A stretch of DNA of 64,000 bases, from the NCBI RefSeq assembly GCF_052425735.1, contig NC_135769.1, positions 10,044,001 through 10,108,000 of the forward strand, given 5' to 3'. Each line of letters starts with the position of its first letter. The first letter of the stretch is position 1. A program made the position numbers and the translations under genes. Under the pieces are notes generated by a model. The model was given only the letters and a program-made list of their open reading frames with translations, did no database searches and was not told the DNA's origin. The DNA comes from Oculina patagonica. Taxonomy: Eukaryota. Positions 13,671 through 26,769 of the stretch are shown here, one piece after another.

Positions 13671-14119
13671 TTAAAACGAGTAACGCACCTGGTCCCTCAA
13701 GCAACCTTACACCTAATATATAGAGCTTTAATACAACCGCATTTTGACTACTGCAGTACTGTTTGGGGAAACTGTGGGATTACTTTGCAAAACAAGCTAC
13801 GCATCCATCGCATCCCCCCCCCCCCCCACCCTACGGGCCTGCGATGACCCCGAAATGTCGGTCAGCAATAAATCTTTCTTGGTGTTTTCATATACTCCAT
13901 TAGGATGAAGGGTATCGGGAATTGGTTTTAAAAGCACCATAAGCCGTGTTCGGGGGATGGCCGAAATTTCGCCATTTTTTTACCTCATAAGTCAAGTGAC
14001 ACTTCTTGACACTACCGTGAAATCTAAAAGGGATCACAGCCGCCTCTCCGCGGTTCATTTCGGGGACATTCATTTCCAGGTGACTCTTTTTAGAGAAATC
14101 GCCTCCCCTTGGCAGATGA

Positions 14120-14890
14120 TGAACTCCGATTGCGTGACACAATCATTTTATATGCGGTCTGCAGACGTATGTTTAGATATGGATTGATGCGTGAAGACAA
14201 ACCAAGCTCCTCCATCGGACGGAAATACATAAATTAAATCACCAACGCCTACATACATTTGCATGTCATTGGTGAAACACAACATGCACCCTCTCACGCA
14301 TCGAATAAATACGGTACTAAAGGTCCTAAAGCGTTTTCCTAGACTATGATCCGACCAAATCTGTCTTTAAACAACCTGATTATAAACAAACATCTTTACT
14401 TTTTTATAAAACACTTTCTCAGTTCGTATGGATAGTGGCATGGTAGTACCGCACTGGCCGTGTCCCATTCCCGGGTCTGTATCTCTCGAACATTGACCAT
14501 TGACAGGCAATGGATTTGTGCATTTCTGTAGACAATGAAGACAATGAAGGTCTGTCGCTTAAAACTATTTATGCGAGACGCCATGGATACACTTACATTT
14601 GTTAATAAATCACTCAAAATGAAATAAAATGAAAGTTTTCTCACCTTTAAGCGAAAGTGTAAACTGTACGTGTGCTCCACTTGTTCAACGGTAGCGTTAC
14701 TCACGCAACTCGGGAGTTGTTTTCCTTAAGACATGTTAAGACATGGACTAAATCATATTTTATCTGAATTTCCACTGACCTCAAGTAACGTAGACCAACC
14801 ATGCCAGTTTTCCATTCCAACCTTCCTGAATGAACTTGGAAAAACCGGAAAATATATCAAACGCCTTTGATTGATTCCATCCCAGATAAC
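14120..14890 (-). promoter_or_regulatory. Probable promoter and non-coding first exon of paralog 1 (donor at 14644); homologous to 25285-25990 (donor at 25790) of paralog 3
   Basis: Collinear conserved blocks (TTTCCACTGACCTCAAGTAACG, TATATCAAACGCCTTTGA, CGCTTAAAACTATTTAT). AAG|GTGAG and AAG|GTAAG donors at aligned positions. An AG acceptor lies just before each ATG. Confidence 0.55.
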
Positions 14891-14919
14891 TGACGTATTT
14901 ATTTTTTGTGACTACGCAT

Positions 14920-15104
14920 TTAGTAGAAACTCAGCTGTGTTCTAATGGAAATCCGCGAATCTGATTGGTTCTCCCACTGATTTTTTATTCGCCGATAGAA
15001 GACAGTCGCGCGCTCGCGTAGCTCTTTAAGCGGTAAATTTTCTTGATTTTTGTCTTCAAAGTGCACAATATTGTAGGTTTTGGACTGCAATCCTATAGAG
15101 TTTC

Positions 15105-15140
<36 letters not shown>

Positions 15141-15141
15141 T

Positions 15142-15177
<36 letters not shown>

Positions 15178-15218
15178 TTGCTCATAGAAAACTTGGGCTC
15201 GTAGTCTAATTGTTAAAT
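14920..15218 (+). mobile_element. Asymmetric-IR/hairpin element, copy A
   Basis: TTAGTAGAAACTC...GAGTTTCTACTAA, then a long hairpin with GGCTGCGCCTC loop. Near-identical inverted copy at 59236-59534. Confidence 0.8.
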
Positions 15219-16704
15219 AGAATATTACTTTGGAGCCAATCAGCGCAAAGAAATATAGACATGTGAGTCTCTTCGGTAACAGTTTGTATCAACGATGGCC
15301 TACCGATGGTCTACGATGACAAACGAACAACTTGGTACGGTTTTGTGAGCTTCTGTTGATCGATTGCGAGGTCTGTGTTTTATATTTCACAACATTTACT
15401 TCTCATAGCTTTCATATTTTGTTTCTAACCGAACAGATGAAAGGTTTCGTGAGTATTTTTCAGCTTTTAGGTCGATATATACGACGAATTTCTCGGCTGC
15501 TCTTCAAACGGATTGCTCGATCGCGAGGTATGTTTAACTGTTTTTATATTTTACAACATTACACAGCGTTCATGTTTTGCTTCTAACCGATCAGATAAAA
15601 TGTTTTGGGAGTACATTTAGGCCTTCAGCTCGACCTTTTATGAGTGTGCGACGAATATATATTGTATTTTTTAAACCTGATTTGACCACGCGTGATAAAC
15701 AACACGTGCGCTTGCCGAATACCCCTCTGTAGGAGAATTTAGCCACTGCGGATCGCGCCCAAGCTTTAGGGGAATACATGTCATGATCGTCTTTCCCACT
15801 ATGGTAATATAATATTGTGTCCGTTTACGTAACAAACAAATCTGAGAAAGTGCCTATTGACCTCTACTCTCGTATTAAATATTCTAGTGACAGTAGTGAT
15901 CGAGAAACTATCGATATGAAAGCTGTGGTGAATTATTTTAAAACAATTACTTCAGAACTGTGATTTGTTAGATGTATTAAAACATAATGATAGTAGACCG
16001 TCGTAGTTCGATCAAATATTAAAAGCCCAAATATTTACTGCAGCGTGTTTTAGTTTTCGTGAGCGAGAGGCCTTTCTGCCTCGTTTTCATACAAAATCGT
16101 TACCAGGTCTGCGCGCCGTCGGCCATTATGAAAGTCGTGTATGGAGGCTAATGCGGGTAATCTTTTCAAATGCAAATTGACATAAAGCTTTTTTTAAGAT
16201 ATCCCCCCCCCCCCCCTACACACACACACACACACACACACACATCATCCTCCATTGCAAGCTAGTTACAGTCCAATACCGAGAATACGAATATGGTATA
16301 TTAAGAACTTCCGGTTACACTGAAATGGTTGACTGACATTATTTCGGCGTGTAAAGTACTATGTTAAAGGGAGATTCGCTTTGAGTAAAAATTCCATACA
16401 CTAAATGCATAAGAGTCAAAATTAATCATCCATACAATAACTTTATTGGAATGGATATTTTGGTGCAAAGCTGTTAACGGCATTCATTTAATTTGTTGCA
16501 AGCGAATGGAAACCACGAGCGATACTCCTACGTTTAACAGTAGTTTAATAATGTTACACAAAACTAAATTCGTGGATGGATGACAATATCAACTGGAAAA
16601 GTCACTATCCAAAGGATTAAGGTTTAATGCAGTGGATCGCACTATCCATCCTTTTACTAGCCGGATCTTGTGTGCAAACTTGCGATGCTTACGTGTTTTC
16701 TAGT

Positions 16705-19005
16705 TTACAGAAATACGAACAACATGGGCAAAGCTATTCCCAATACCAAAACCTTGCTCTGGAACCTGACAGCAACACTCACAACGCAATCTTTCTTGTC
16801 GTTTTCATCCAAACGGGCAAATATTCTGCACGGCCCACCACTTCCGTCAGTGATGAACATCGGTGCCGCATACAATGTAAATCCTTTTGCAGGCAGCTTG
16901 TCCATGTGGGCGACATTTTCCAGGGCAGGGATGTTTTCTTTAAAGAGTACTTGATGAGTTTCATACATCGTTGACTGACCGTAATCGATGGATGCTGTGT
17001 CTATCCCCACTAGTTTAACTTTACGATTGTTGACCAACCAGCGGGAAGCGTTAGGGTGTATCCCTGTGAAGAGAAACAGCTCTCTATCAGAAATGAGTCG
17101 TAGAAACTCTTTTATATTTTATAATGTCCTGAGTCATGCCTGTAAAATAGGACTGAACCCAGTGGCGTTAAGTGGAGTCGACGAAAATGTAAACCGAGCA
17201 CCGTTCGCACCAATTTTCCCCAGTAAGACACTACCCCTCTGGAATCTCTATTTTCATTCGCCCGCCGTAAACACTACCTCTATTGTTATTCAGGGCTAGG
17301 AGCATTGTTGTCACCTGTTATCTATTGTTTTAAGAACCAATGAATTAACTCGTTCCGAAAGGAAGTGGGCGACCCTTTTTCCCTCTCGGCGTACTTCGCA
17401 TCGCACCGATTAACCGCCCTTTGGTCTCCTAGGATGGCCTCCTACCAGTTGGGATTCTTAAAATTAAGTAAAGTTTACTTTCGGGTTGTTGAGGCCTTCA
17501 GATTTGTTTTTAGTAAGCAATAAAGTTATCTATCTTATCTATTTTGAATAGTTTTAGGTTTGTTTACATTAACCCTGAAAAGACCCATTGAGAAGTGGTC
17601 AATAAAGATGATCCTTTACAAGGGAAACCGATCCTGATAATAATTTTCTGATAAAAAAAAATCTCTGTTCTCAGTAATATTTTCTTGGTACCGTCATTTT
17701 CCCCCGGCCCATTTTCCCATCGGGATACAAGTATACCGTCACTTTCTTAACAAAAAATGAGTTTAAAGTTGCGCAACCCGTTCTGTTTTATAATCAGCAA
17801 TCAATTGCATTTATTCTTTCAAGAGCATACCTGGGAAATGCAGCAGTGAAGTATTTTTCGTATCAGTACCAAGATACGTCTTCCGGTCAGGCCAGTGTTT
17901 CCCCCAGCCAGTAAATATCAGCAGTATCACATCATCCAGGATCTTTCCGTTTTTATCTTCCCATGCTTGGAAATCACTCATTGTCACCTGGTAGTCAGGA
18001 TTCTTTGAAAGAAAAAATGACAATAAAAATTAAGATTTAGGGCCGTCTCTGGATATAAGGCTAAATTAGACCTGGTACAAGTCTGAATCCTAGCACTACT
18101 CCACACAGAGTTTGAAGCAGTTAAACACAAAAATTATACGTAACCCCCCGGATACGAAACTATGCAAGACGTTTGTGAAAGGTGTGTAGAAAGCAGTCGA
18201 TGACTCAAATTTAGGCTGAGCTGATATACTGTGTGTATAACAGTTATTCAAATCTATATGCAGCGACGGCGTATAAAACATTTCTTTTCAGTATTTGTCT
18301 AATGTTTTAGCTAAAAAGATGAGGAATTTCAGCAGAATATCAGATTTTTTTTATATTCAAACAACAGCTAGTTGTGGCGGAAACTACGCGCTGTGTGCCG
18401 TTGATGGCTGTGCAGGTGAAGAGAGTTCTGAGGACCGGATGAGAAAAGTTGTCCAAGCGTATATTTGCCTCAGTTTGCCAAAAAATAGCTGCAATAGTCC
18501 CAGTGCTAACTAACGAGTAGTTTTAAGGCTACTTCTAAAGCTGAGATTGTTGTGGTTTTTTTTTATCTTCTTTTCAATGTTCCTTTTTCTGCTTTTGGTT
18601 TGACTCCGTTTGGTTTAATTACACTTGGTCTGTTTTTTACTACTTAAGAAAATACATTTTACCTTGGCAGCTTTAGAGGATATGTCTATCTTGATTGCGG
18701 GTCCAATGAGGCGATCAAGAGGAATTTGATCAGTTGTCCATTTCCCCGCGGCAAAATGCCTCGGCGCGTCAAGATGAGTGCCTCCGTGTTCAGAGGTGCT
18801 GATGCCATATAATGAGAAGTAATAACCGTCAGCTGTGTAATTTTCAAACTCTAAGATGTGTTTGAAGTTCTCTTCTGTGGGCCAGTAGATGGTTTCGTTG
18901 TTAAATGGGTAAGAGAGCTCAATCCATGGTGACTCGATTGCCTCATTTAGCAACGAAAAACCAAACGAGTGCAAAGAACGCTAGTCGCACCACAATGGTT
19001 GTCAT
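16705..19005 (-). CDS. Cyclase-family paralog 2 (signal peptide plus GPI-like tail); +1 frameshift in exon A, so pseudogene or sequencing error
   Basis: Exons 19005-18663 (343 nt versus 342 in paralogs; extra T at 18956-18960), 18002-17831 and 17063-16705. Canonical GT/AG junctions. Motifs EHGGTHLDAPRHF, GIDTASIDYG, HQVLFKENIPALEN, GSGGPCR. Confidence 0.85.
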
Positions 19006-19411
19006 GTTTCCTGCTGAAAGGTACAAAATATTTTGGACGATCAAGATCAAGTAAGTATAAGATCAATTTTTGTGCGATTCAAGTTTGGGTTGGGGTCTGC
19101 AAAAAGCCATGCAAGCTTTATTGTCACTCTGTAATTTTATATTATTTGACGAAATCGAAAATGGCTCATACATGCCAGGTTGTATACATAGAAATTTAGT
19201 CACGGATAAAATTGGATAAGACTGTTATAATTCTATTATATAAAATAAAAACCGTTACCATATCACAGAAACGGCTTAAATTTTTAGTTGGTTTTTTGTT
19301 GTATCAGGATCCCTTTTTGTTGGACCATTTCCTCAGACAAAATGTAGACTTCAAAATTATTTAATAACTATCCTTCGTACACACGAATGAGTTACCGCCA
19401 TGAGTGCCCTT

Positions 19412-19911
19412 NNNNNNNNNNNNNNNNNNNNNNNNNNNNNNNNNNNNNNNNNNNNNNNNNNNNNNNNNNNNNNNNNNNNNNNNNNNNNNNNNNNNNNNNN
19501 NNNNNNNNNNNNNNNNNNNNNNNNNNNNNNNNNNNNNNNNNNNNNNNNNNNNNNNNNNNNNNNNNNNNNNNNNNNNNNNNNNNNNNNNNNNNNNNNNNNN
19601 NNNNNNNNNNNNNNNNNNNNNNNNNNNNNNNNNNNNNNNNNNNNNNNNNNNNNNNNNNNNNNNNNNNNNNNNNNNNNNNNNNNNNNNNNNNNNNNNNNNN
19701 NNNNNNNNNNNNNNNNNNNNNNNNNNNNNNNNNNNNNNNNNNNNNNNNNNNNNNNNNNNNNNNNNNNNNNNNNNNNNNNNNNNNNNNNNNNNNNNNNNNN
19801 NNNNNNNNNNNNNNNNNNNNNNNNNNNNNNNNNNNNNNNNNNNNNNNNNNNNNNNNNNNNNNNNNNNNNNNNNNNNNNNNNNNNNNNNNNNNNNNNNNNN
19901 NNNNNNNNNNN
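19412..19911. other. Assembly gap (500 N)
   Basis: Run of N. Confidence 1.
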
Positions 19912-20641
19912 CTACACAGACTTCCTAAAGTGTATGTTTATTTTGCGACGTGTCGCGGGACATTGTGTCTTCAAAGTTTTTCTCTTAACAAGTGTGTCTG
20001 TCAGTGATTTGCCTCTTTTACAAGATATAATAGGAGGCTTTTTGAAAATGGTCCCAGCAATGGCTGATTTTGAATAAAACACCGTTCCTGCATCGTTATT
20101 TAATTTGTGTGTCGAATGTTGGCTATATTAAAAGCGTCGAGGAGTGAAATTCGGGACCTCCAAACACAAATCAATTTAGAGGCATACAGGAAGATTTATA
20201 CCCGGGACGTCAAGATTGCACTCAGTCTAGCACGTTAACTACTAGGCCACACTCGCTTCCATAATTTAGAACTTCTGGTTACCCTTAAATGTCGAACTGG
20301 CATTTTTTTCGATGTGTAAAGTACTGTGCGTGAGTAAAAGTTCCAATCAAAAATGAATAAAACTCGCAATTCCACATCCATATTGTGACTTTATTGCATG
20401 CAAAGTTGTTACATTCATTTGCTTTAAGCAAGTGATAACTATCAGCGATGCTCCTACGTTTAACAGTGGTTTAATAATGGTGCACAAAACTAAACAAAAA
20501 GCCCCAGTTGATTCATATATGGCCACCTATCCACTGGAAAACGCACTATGCAATGGATAGCGATTTATACGGTAGAAAGCGCTATCCACCTTTTTAACAG
20601 CCGGATCTAGTGTGCAAACTTGCGATGCTTACTTTGCTAGA

Positions 20642-22850
20642 CTACAGAAATACGAACAACATGGGCAAAGCTATTCCCAACAGCATAACCTTGCTTTGGA
20701 ACCTGACAGCAACGCTCTCGACGCAGTCTTTCTTGTCTTCTTCATCCAAACGGGCAAATATTCGGCACGGCCCACCACTTCCGTCAGTGATAAACATCGG
20801 TGCCGCATACAATGTAAACCCTTTTGCAGGCAGCTTGTCCATGTGGGCGACATTTTCCAGGGCAGGGATGTTTTCTTTGAAGAGAATTTGATGAGTTTCA
20901 AACAACGTCGATTGGCCGTAGTCGATGGATGCTGTGTCTATCCCCAATAGCTTAACCGTACGATTGTTGACCAACCAACGAGAAGCGTTAGGGTGTATCC
21001 CTGTGAACAGAAACGACTCTCTTTCAGAGATGAGTAGTAGAACCTCGTTTATCTTTTAAAGCGGTTTTCAATTGAGTGTTGAAAGTAATCCGGTAATTAC
21101 TCTGGGTCTAGTCTTACGACACGCATTTAAAAACCGCTCTATAATATAAATGTCCTGAACCATGCTTATAACATGGCCAACTGGTTTGCTTCGAACTTTT
21201 CTCGGAGACCCAGTGGCGTTAGGTGGACTCGACGAAAATGTAAACCAAGCTTCCGATTTCCCTCTTGGCTTACTTCGCATCCCATCGATTAACTCCCTTT
21301 GGTCTCCTAGGATGGCCTCCTAGCAGCTGGGATTCTTAAAATCAAGTTAAGTTTGTACTTTCGGGTTGTTGAGGCCTAATCAGCCTCATCAACCCGAGTT
21401 GAAATAAAGTTCTCTATCTCATCTCTTTTGAATAGTTTCAGGTTTGTTTACATTAACCCTGAAATGACCAGTGATAAGTAGTCAATAAAGATGATCCTCT
21501 ACAAGGGTAACTGATCCTGACAAGTATTTTCTGGTTTTAAGATCTTTTGTTCTCAGTAATAGTTTCTGAGTACCGTCATTTTTCCCCGGCCCAATTCCCC
21601 ATCGGGATAAAAGTATACCGTCACTTTCTTAACAAAAATGAGTTTTTAAGTTGCACAACCCGTTCTGTTTTATAATGAGCAATCAATTGCATTGATTATT
21701 TTAAGCGCATACCTGGGAAATGCAGCAATGAAGTATTTTTCGTATCAGTACCAAGATACGTCTTTCGGTCAGGCCAGTGTTTCCCCCAGCCAGTAAATAT
21801 CAGCAGTATCACATCATCCGGGATCTTCCCGTGTTTCTCTTCCCATGCTTGGAAATCACTCATTGTCATCTGGTAGTCAGGATTCTTTGAACAAAAAAAA
21901 TGACAATACACATTCAGGTTCAGGGCCGTCTCTGGATCTAAGGCTAAATTAGACCTGGTACAAGTCTGAATCCTAGCACTACTCCACACAGAGTTTGAAG
22001 CAGATAAACCCAAAAAATTATACGTAACCCCCGATACGAAACTATGCAAGACGTTTGTGAAAGGTAAGTAGAAAGCAGTCGATGACACAAATTTAGGCTG
22101 AGCTGATATACTGTGTGGATAACTGTTATTAAAATCTGTATGCAGCGACAGCGTACAAAATTTATCTTTTCAGTATTTGTCTAATGTTTTAACTAAAAAG
22201 TTGAGGAATTTCAGGAATATCAGACTTTTGGCGGGAACTGCGCGCTGTGCGCCGTTGATGGCTGTGCAGGTGAAAAGAGTTCTGAGGACGGGAATGAGTA
22301 AAGTTTCCTAAGCGAATATTCGCCTCAGTTTGCCAAAAAACAGCTGCAATAATCCCAGTGCTAACAAACAAGAAGTTTGAAGGCTACTTCTAAAGCTGAA
22401 ATTGTTTTTTTTCTTCTTTTTAATGTTCCTTTTTCTGCTTTTGTTCTGATTCAGTTTGGTTTAATTACACATGGCCTGTTTTTTACTACTAAAGAAAATA
22501 CATTTTACCTTGGCAGCTTTAGAGGATATATCTAACTTGATTGCAGGTCCAATGAGGCGATCAAGAGGAATTTGATCAGTTGTCCATTTCCCCGCAGCAA
22601 AATGCCTCGGCGCGTCAAGATGAGTGCCTCCGTGTTCAGAGGCGCTGATTTGATAAGAAGAGTAGTAATATCCGGCATCGGTAAAGTTTTCAAACTCTAA
22701 AATGTGTTTGAAATTCTCTGCTGTGGGCCAGTAGATGGTCTTATTGTTAAATGGGTAAGAGAGCTCAATCCATGGCGACTCTTTCGACTCTCCTAGCAAC
22801 GGAAACCAAACGAGGGCACAGAACGCTAGTCGCACCATAATGGTGTTCAT
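20642..22850 (-). CDS. Cyclase-family (KynB/isatin hydrolase-like) paralog 3, intact 290 aa, signal peptide plus hydrophobic C-terminal GPI-like signal
   Basis: Exons 22850-22509, 21884-21713 and 21000-20642 splice in frame (873 nt). HGGTHLDAPRH metal-binding motif present. Ends ...VRFQSKVMLLGIALPMLFVFL*. Confidence 0.92.
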
Positions 22851-23380
22851 GTTTCCTGCTGAATAAATAAAAAAATGTGGACGATTGATCAAAAGCAGTT
22901 TCTATACTACTATTTTGGGTTTTGGGTCTTCCGAAGGTTTGTTTTTTATTTGTGTTTTTACATTATTTGTGGCTTTATAGAAAAGTGTTCATTTATGCCA
23001 GTTTACGTAGAATTTTAGTTATTGAGTGTACTACTTTAAGTTTAACAACAACTGTAAAATTTCTCGCGCGTTCAAAGGGTGTTTTCGTGACCCGTGATCG
23101 GCCTTTTTTATTTCCCGTGAAATGTGAAATGGCAATTTTTTTCTCGTGTATCGTGATTTCCATACCAGCCGAGAACCGTGATTTTTCAAAACGCTCCCTT
23201 TGATTTTCCGTGAAGCGTGAAATGGCAATATTTTATTTTTCGTAAATTGTGACAGGTCCGTTTTATTTTTCGTGAAACGTAGTCTAGTATGCCCTCCCTT
23301 ACCACCATTCCCCCCCCCCCCCCCCTTACCACTCTTTTCATTAGCCCCGGCCGGAGCAATGGTCAAACTGGTCTTTACGA

Positions 23381-23722
23381 GAGGGTCTCAATGGGGTGGT
23401 GGCTTTTACGGTTAACGGTTAAAATTTTGGGTTTTTTACGGCTAACGGTTAATTTATTTCCATAACGGTTAACAGAAGTTAAAAGTTAATTTTCATTGTT
23501 TTAACAAGTTAAAAATTAATTTCCATTAATGAAAAACATATTTTAGGTCTCAGGGCCATTCTGGGACGATGAAGTGAACTAGTTTGGCTTATTAATAATT
23601 ACTGACCGATTTTTTACGGTTAACATATTTTACGGCTAACAGTTAAATTTTTCCATTTTTTACGCCTAACGGCTAACTTTTTGGCCGTTTTACGGCTAAC
23701 GGTTAACCCCATTGAGACCCTC
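23381..23722. mobile_element. MITE with GAGGGTCTCAATGGGG TIRs
   Basis: TIRs at both ends, flanking TTACGA duplicated, internal TTTTACGG(C/T)TAAC repeats. Confidence 0.75.
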
Positions 23723-23851
23723 TTACGAGGGCATAAAATGGAGTGACGTTACATCACGCCACAGAAACAGAGGCGATTGAAGAAATGCTCAGAGCAATAC
23801 GACAACGCATGTTTTGACGATTAATTTGTTTATATTTTTTGCCGAACCAAT

Positions 23852-24480
23852 GGCTGCGGTCACATCTAGACTGCTAACTATAGTTAAGACGAAGTTAACT
23901 ATAGTTAGCTATTTCGCTAATGTGACCGCCTCTTCGTTCACCCTAACTATGGTTAGAAAATTTACGCCTCGCTGATCCAAAACAATACAGAATAACTATA
24001 GTTATACCCAAGCAAGGTTCATGGGTTAGTCTTAAGTTTACAAACGAAAACCCAATCAGAATGCGACAATTCTTTTTGCACGTGCGAGATGAACATAAAT
24101 ATGCAAAACAAAGCGTGAAGGGAAGGAGAAAAATGAAAAACAACATGCCAAAACATTACATATCACCAATGTTAGCAAAAGTAAAGCTGGAATTCTTCGA
24201 CGTTTAGCATCCTTACTTCATTTTATTTTCTTCAACGCCGTGATGCCGTGCAAAAATAGAAAAAATAGAGGAACAATTAGACACAGATCAACAACAAGGG
24301 CTGTTATGAACTAATTTAAATTCGAAATTATTCAAAAGCTAATCAGAACTAACTATAGTTAACTGCATTGGTGTGACCGCAAAGACGACCGAAAGCACTA
24401 ACTAAAGTTAGGTATGACGTCACGTAACTTGAGACTAACTGTAGTTTAACTTTAGTTACGTCGTAGATGTGACCGCAGCC
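23852..24480. mobile_element. MITE with GGCTGCGGTCACATCTA TIRs (Harbinger-like)
   Basis: 17-bp perfect TIR, AAT flanks, internal TAACTATAGTTA motifs. Confidence 0.7.
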
Positions 24481-26276
24481 AATATCGTTTTGTGCAAACA
24501 ATGGCGGTATTTTCAACAACGCAAAGATAGATATTATCTTGAAAAAGGTTTATGCAAAACATAACAGAACCAGTTTTTTTTTTCATTTTTGTATAATAAG
24601 ACATCACGTAAGCAGTTTTTTTTTTCGTCCGTTGACATTGAACGGGGGAAGGGCATTCGTATTTGACACTGTTTCGACAATCTTGCGAGAGTTCTTTTGC
24701 TTTCTTTGGTAGCACCCAAACATTGCGTGATCTCCATGTGCTGCTGACCATAAAATGCATAGACGGTAATTAATTCTGTAGTAAATGCTGAATATTTGTT
24801 TCAAGCTGTTTTTCTATCACTATCATTAACAGGTTAGAGGATCTAGATTACAAAATATTTCCAGTTAAGAGAAACAAAATGTGAGCGAAATTGATCTTGA
24901 GCAGTAGAGTCGCCGAAAGAACGCTTGTCCCAGATGTTTTCTTTCTTTTACTGACGCGAGAAAGCCATCGCGATTGTCAAAGCGTCGCTTCGCGAGTCGT
25001 GTTCGCTTATTTGTAGCTCAAAATTTGACTAAGAAATAAAAAGAAAAACTTCTGGAACTAGTGTTCGAAAAAAGTCGATTTTGGTCCAATCCCGGGGGTC
25101 CAATGTCCACAAAACAAAGGGATTGATCATATCACATTTGGCCGATTTGGGGTTGTTATGTTAATCACGTGAAGTTAGAAGGCTGGTAATTCCGTTTGAG
25201 GGGAAATATCACCTAGGTTACATGCTTGTAGTCTAAAAAAGAATATACCTTTTTAGTGGACGTTTCTCAGAGCAAAGGGCTCTTTACGGCAGATGATGAA
25301 CTGTAATTGCGTGACACAGCATTTTATGGGCGGCCTGAAGTCTGTATTTATTTTAAACAGACCAATCAAACATCATTTTGTATAGATGTAAATCGATGTG
25401 TGAAAACAAAGCTAATTCAACACCTGCTTATACATATTTGCATCTTATTGGTAAAATACAGGCAACCGATCGCCCTTCGGATAAAATCATCACTTTCTAA
25501 TAGTATATATACCGTATCTATCTTTAACTAGCCTGATTAATTTTAAATTAAAAAGACCTTTTCTTGATTTCTACAAAACATACTGTACAACTGTGCATTA
25601 GTTCAAGTGGTTACGTCGGGGCTTATGCATACGCGTGCCACTGACCGTTCAAGCATGAATTTGTCCATTTCTCAGAGGCAGTGAAAGTCTAAGAGCTTTG
25701 TAGCGCTTAAAACTATTTATCCAAAAAGTATCGGATACACTTGCATGAATAACCCGTACAGGAAAACGGAAAAAAAGAACGTTTCCTTACCTTCTTAATC
25801 AGAAATGTCAACTGAACGGCTGACGGTGACTCAAAGGCAGTGTTATTCAAGCGTTACTCTGCATTTATCGTATTTCCACTGACCTCAAGTAACGCAGACC
25901 AACAAATTGTCCATTCCTACCTTTCTAAATGAACTCGGGAAAGCCGGATTAAAGTATATCAAACGCCTTTGAATGAATCCAGGCTAGGTCGACTAATTAG
26001 ACGAAGTTATTTTTCTAAGCGATGCAGACAAGTTGTTTTTTGAACCCGAGAAGTTTATTTGCCTCCGGTTCTGCTTTGAATGTGCATAAAGTAGCTCGTC
26101 TAATACCTACTATATTTTTTTCAAAAACATTTTAGAACTGCGTATGATTGTCAGCAAACTCCCCGAGTAACGATCCTAGCCGCCGACCGCGATCAGAAAG
26201 AAGCACCTGACATACTCAAACGACACAAGACTGGTAACGCCGTATCTCAAAGGAAATGTGTTACATACATAAGTCT

Positions 26277-26769
26277 CAGGGGCGTAGCCAACCCGTAGGG
26301 GCTGCTTTTCGAAGGAGGTTGGGGCTGAGGTGATCTACCGAGGTTGTTTCTTTCACTGGATCAAAACTCTGAAAAATGCATTCTCCTTTATTTTCTGCTG
26401 ATGTTATGTGTATTTCACAGCACCTAAGTTATAACATTTCATAAAAATGGAATTGTGTCCGTTTTTACTCACTGTCCAAAATAAACGCACTCTACTTATA
26501 CGCGCATACAATTGTGCGCTTGTCTGTCACCTGGATGATCTAGAAGGCTCCCGAGTTTGCACTTGCTAGATGAGCCTTGATCTCATCGCGAAAGGGTAGT
26601 TGAGAATTATATAATGCTAAGGTAGATTACAGATTGTTTCCATTTTATCTTGAAAGCGTTTCAGCCTGAAGTATCGTTATCGTACATTAAAAAATACACA
26701 AAAATTCTAAAAAAAATACGAAAATTTGTAAGCCCGGTCCTACGGGCCTCTAGTCTGGCTACGCCCCTG
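26277..26769. mobile_element. MITE with CAGGGGCGTAGCCA TIRs
   Basis: 14-bp perfect TIR; no clear TSD. Confidence 0.6.

Larger units (their letters stand above)
6866..13800 (+). mobile_element. CR1/L2-group LINE reverse-transcriptase fragment in three pieces (about 6866-7110, 11386-12026, 13675-13800)
   Basis: VTPLFKQGDRNDLNNYRPIS...HQSGFR...DTWAY | NID..VFLDLKKAFDTVDH...QGTILGPL...YADDT...GIGAL | KRV..LVPQATL...PHFDYCSTVWG. The protein is collinear once the inserts are removed. Confidence 0.9.

Noticed and set aside
19387-20077. ORFs of 174-225 aa (and similar ones at 32194-32692)
   Set aside because: Artefacts of reading through N gaps.
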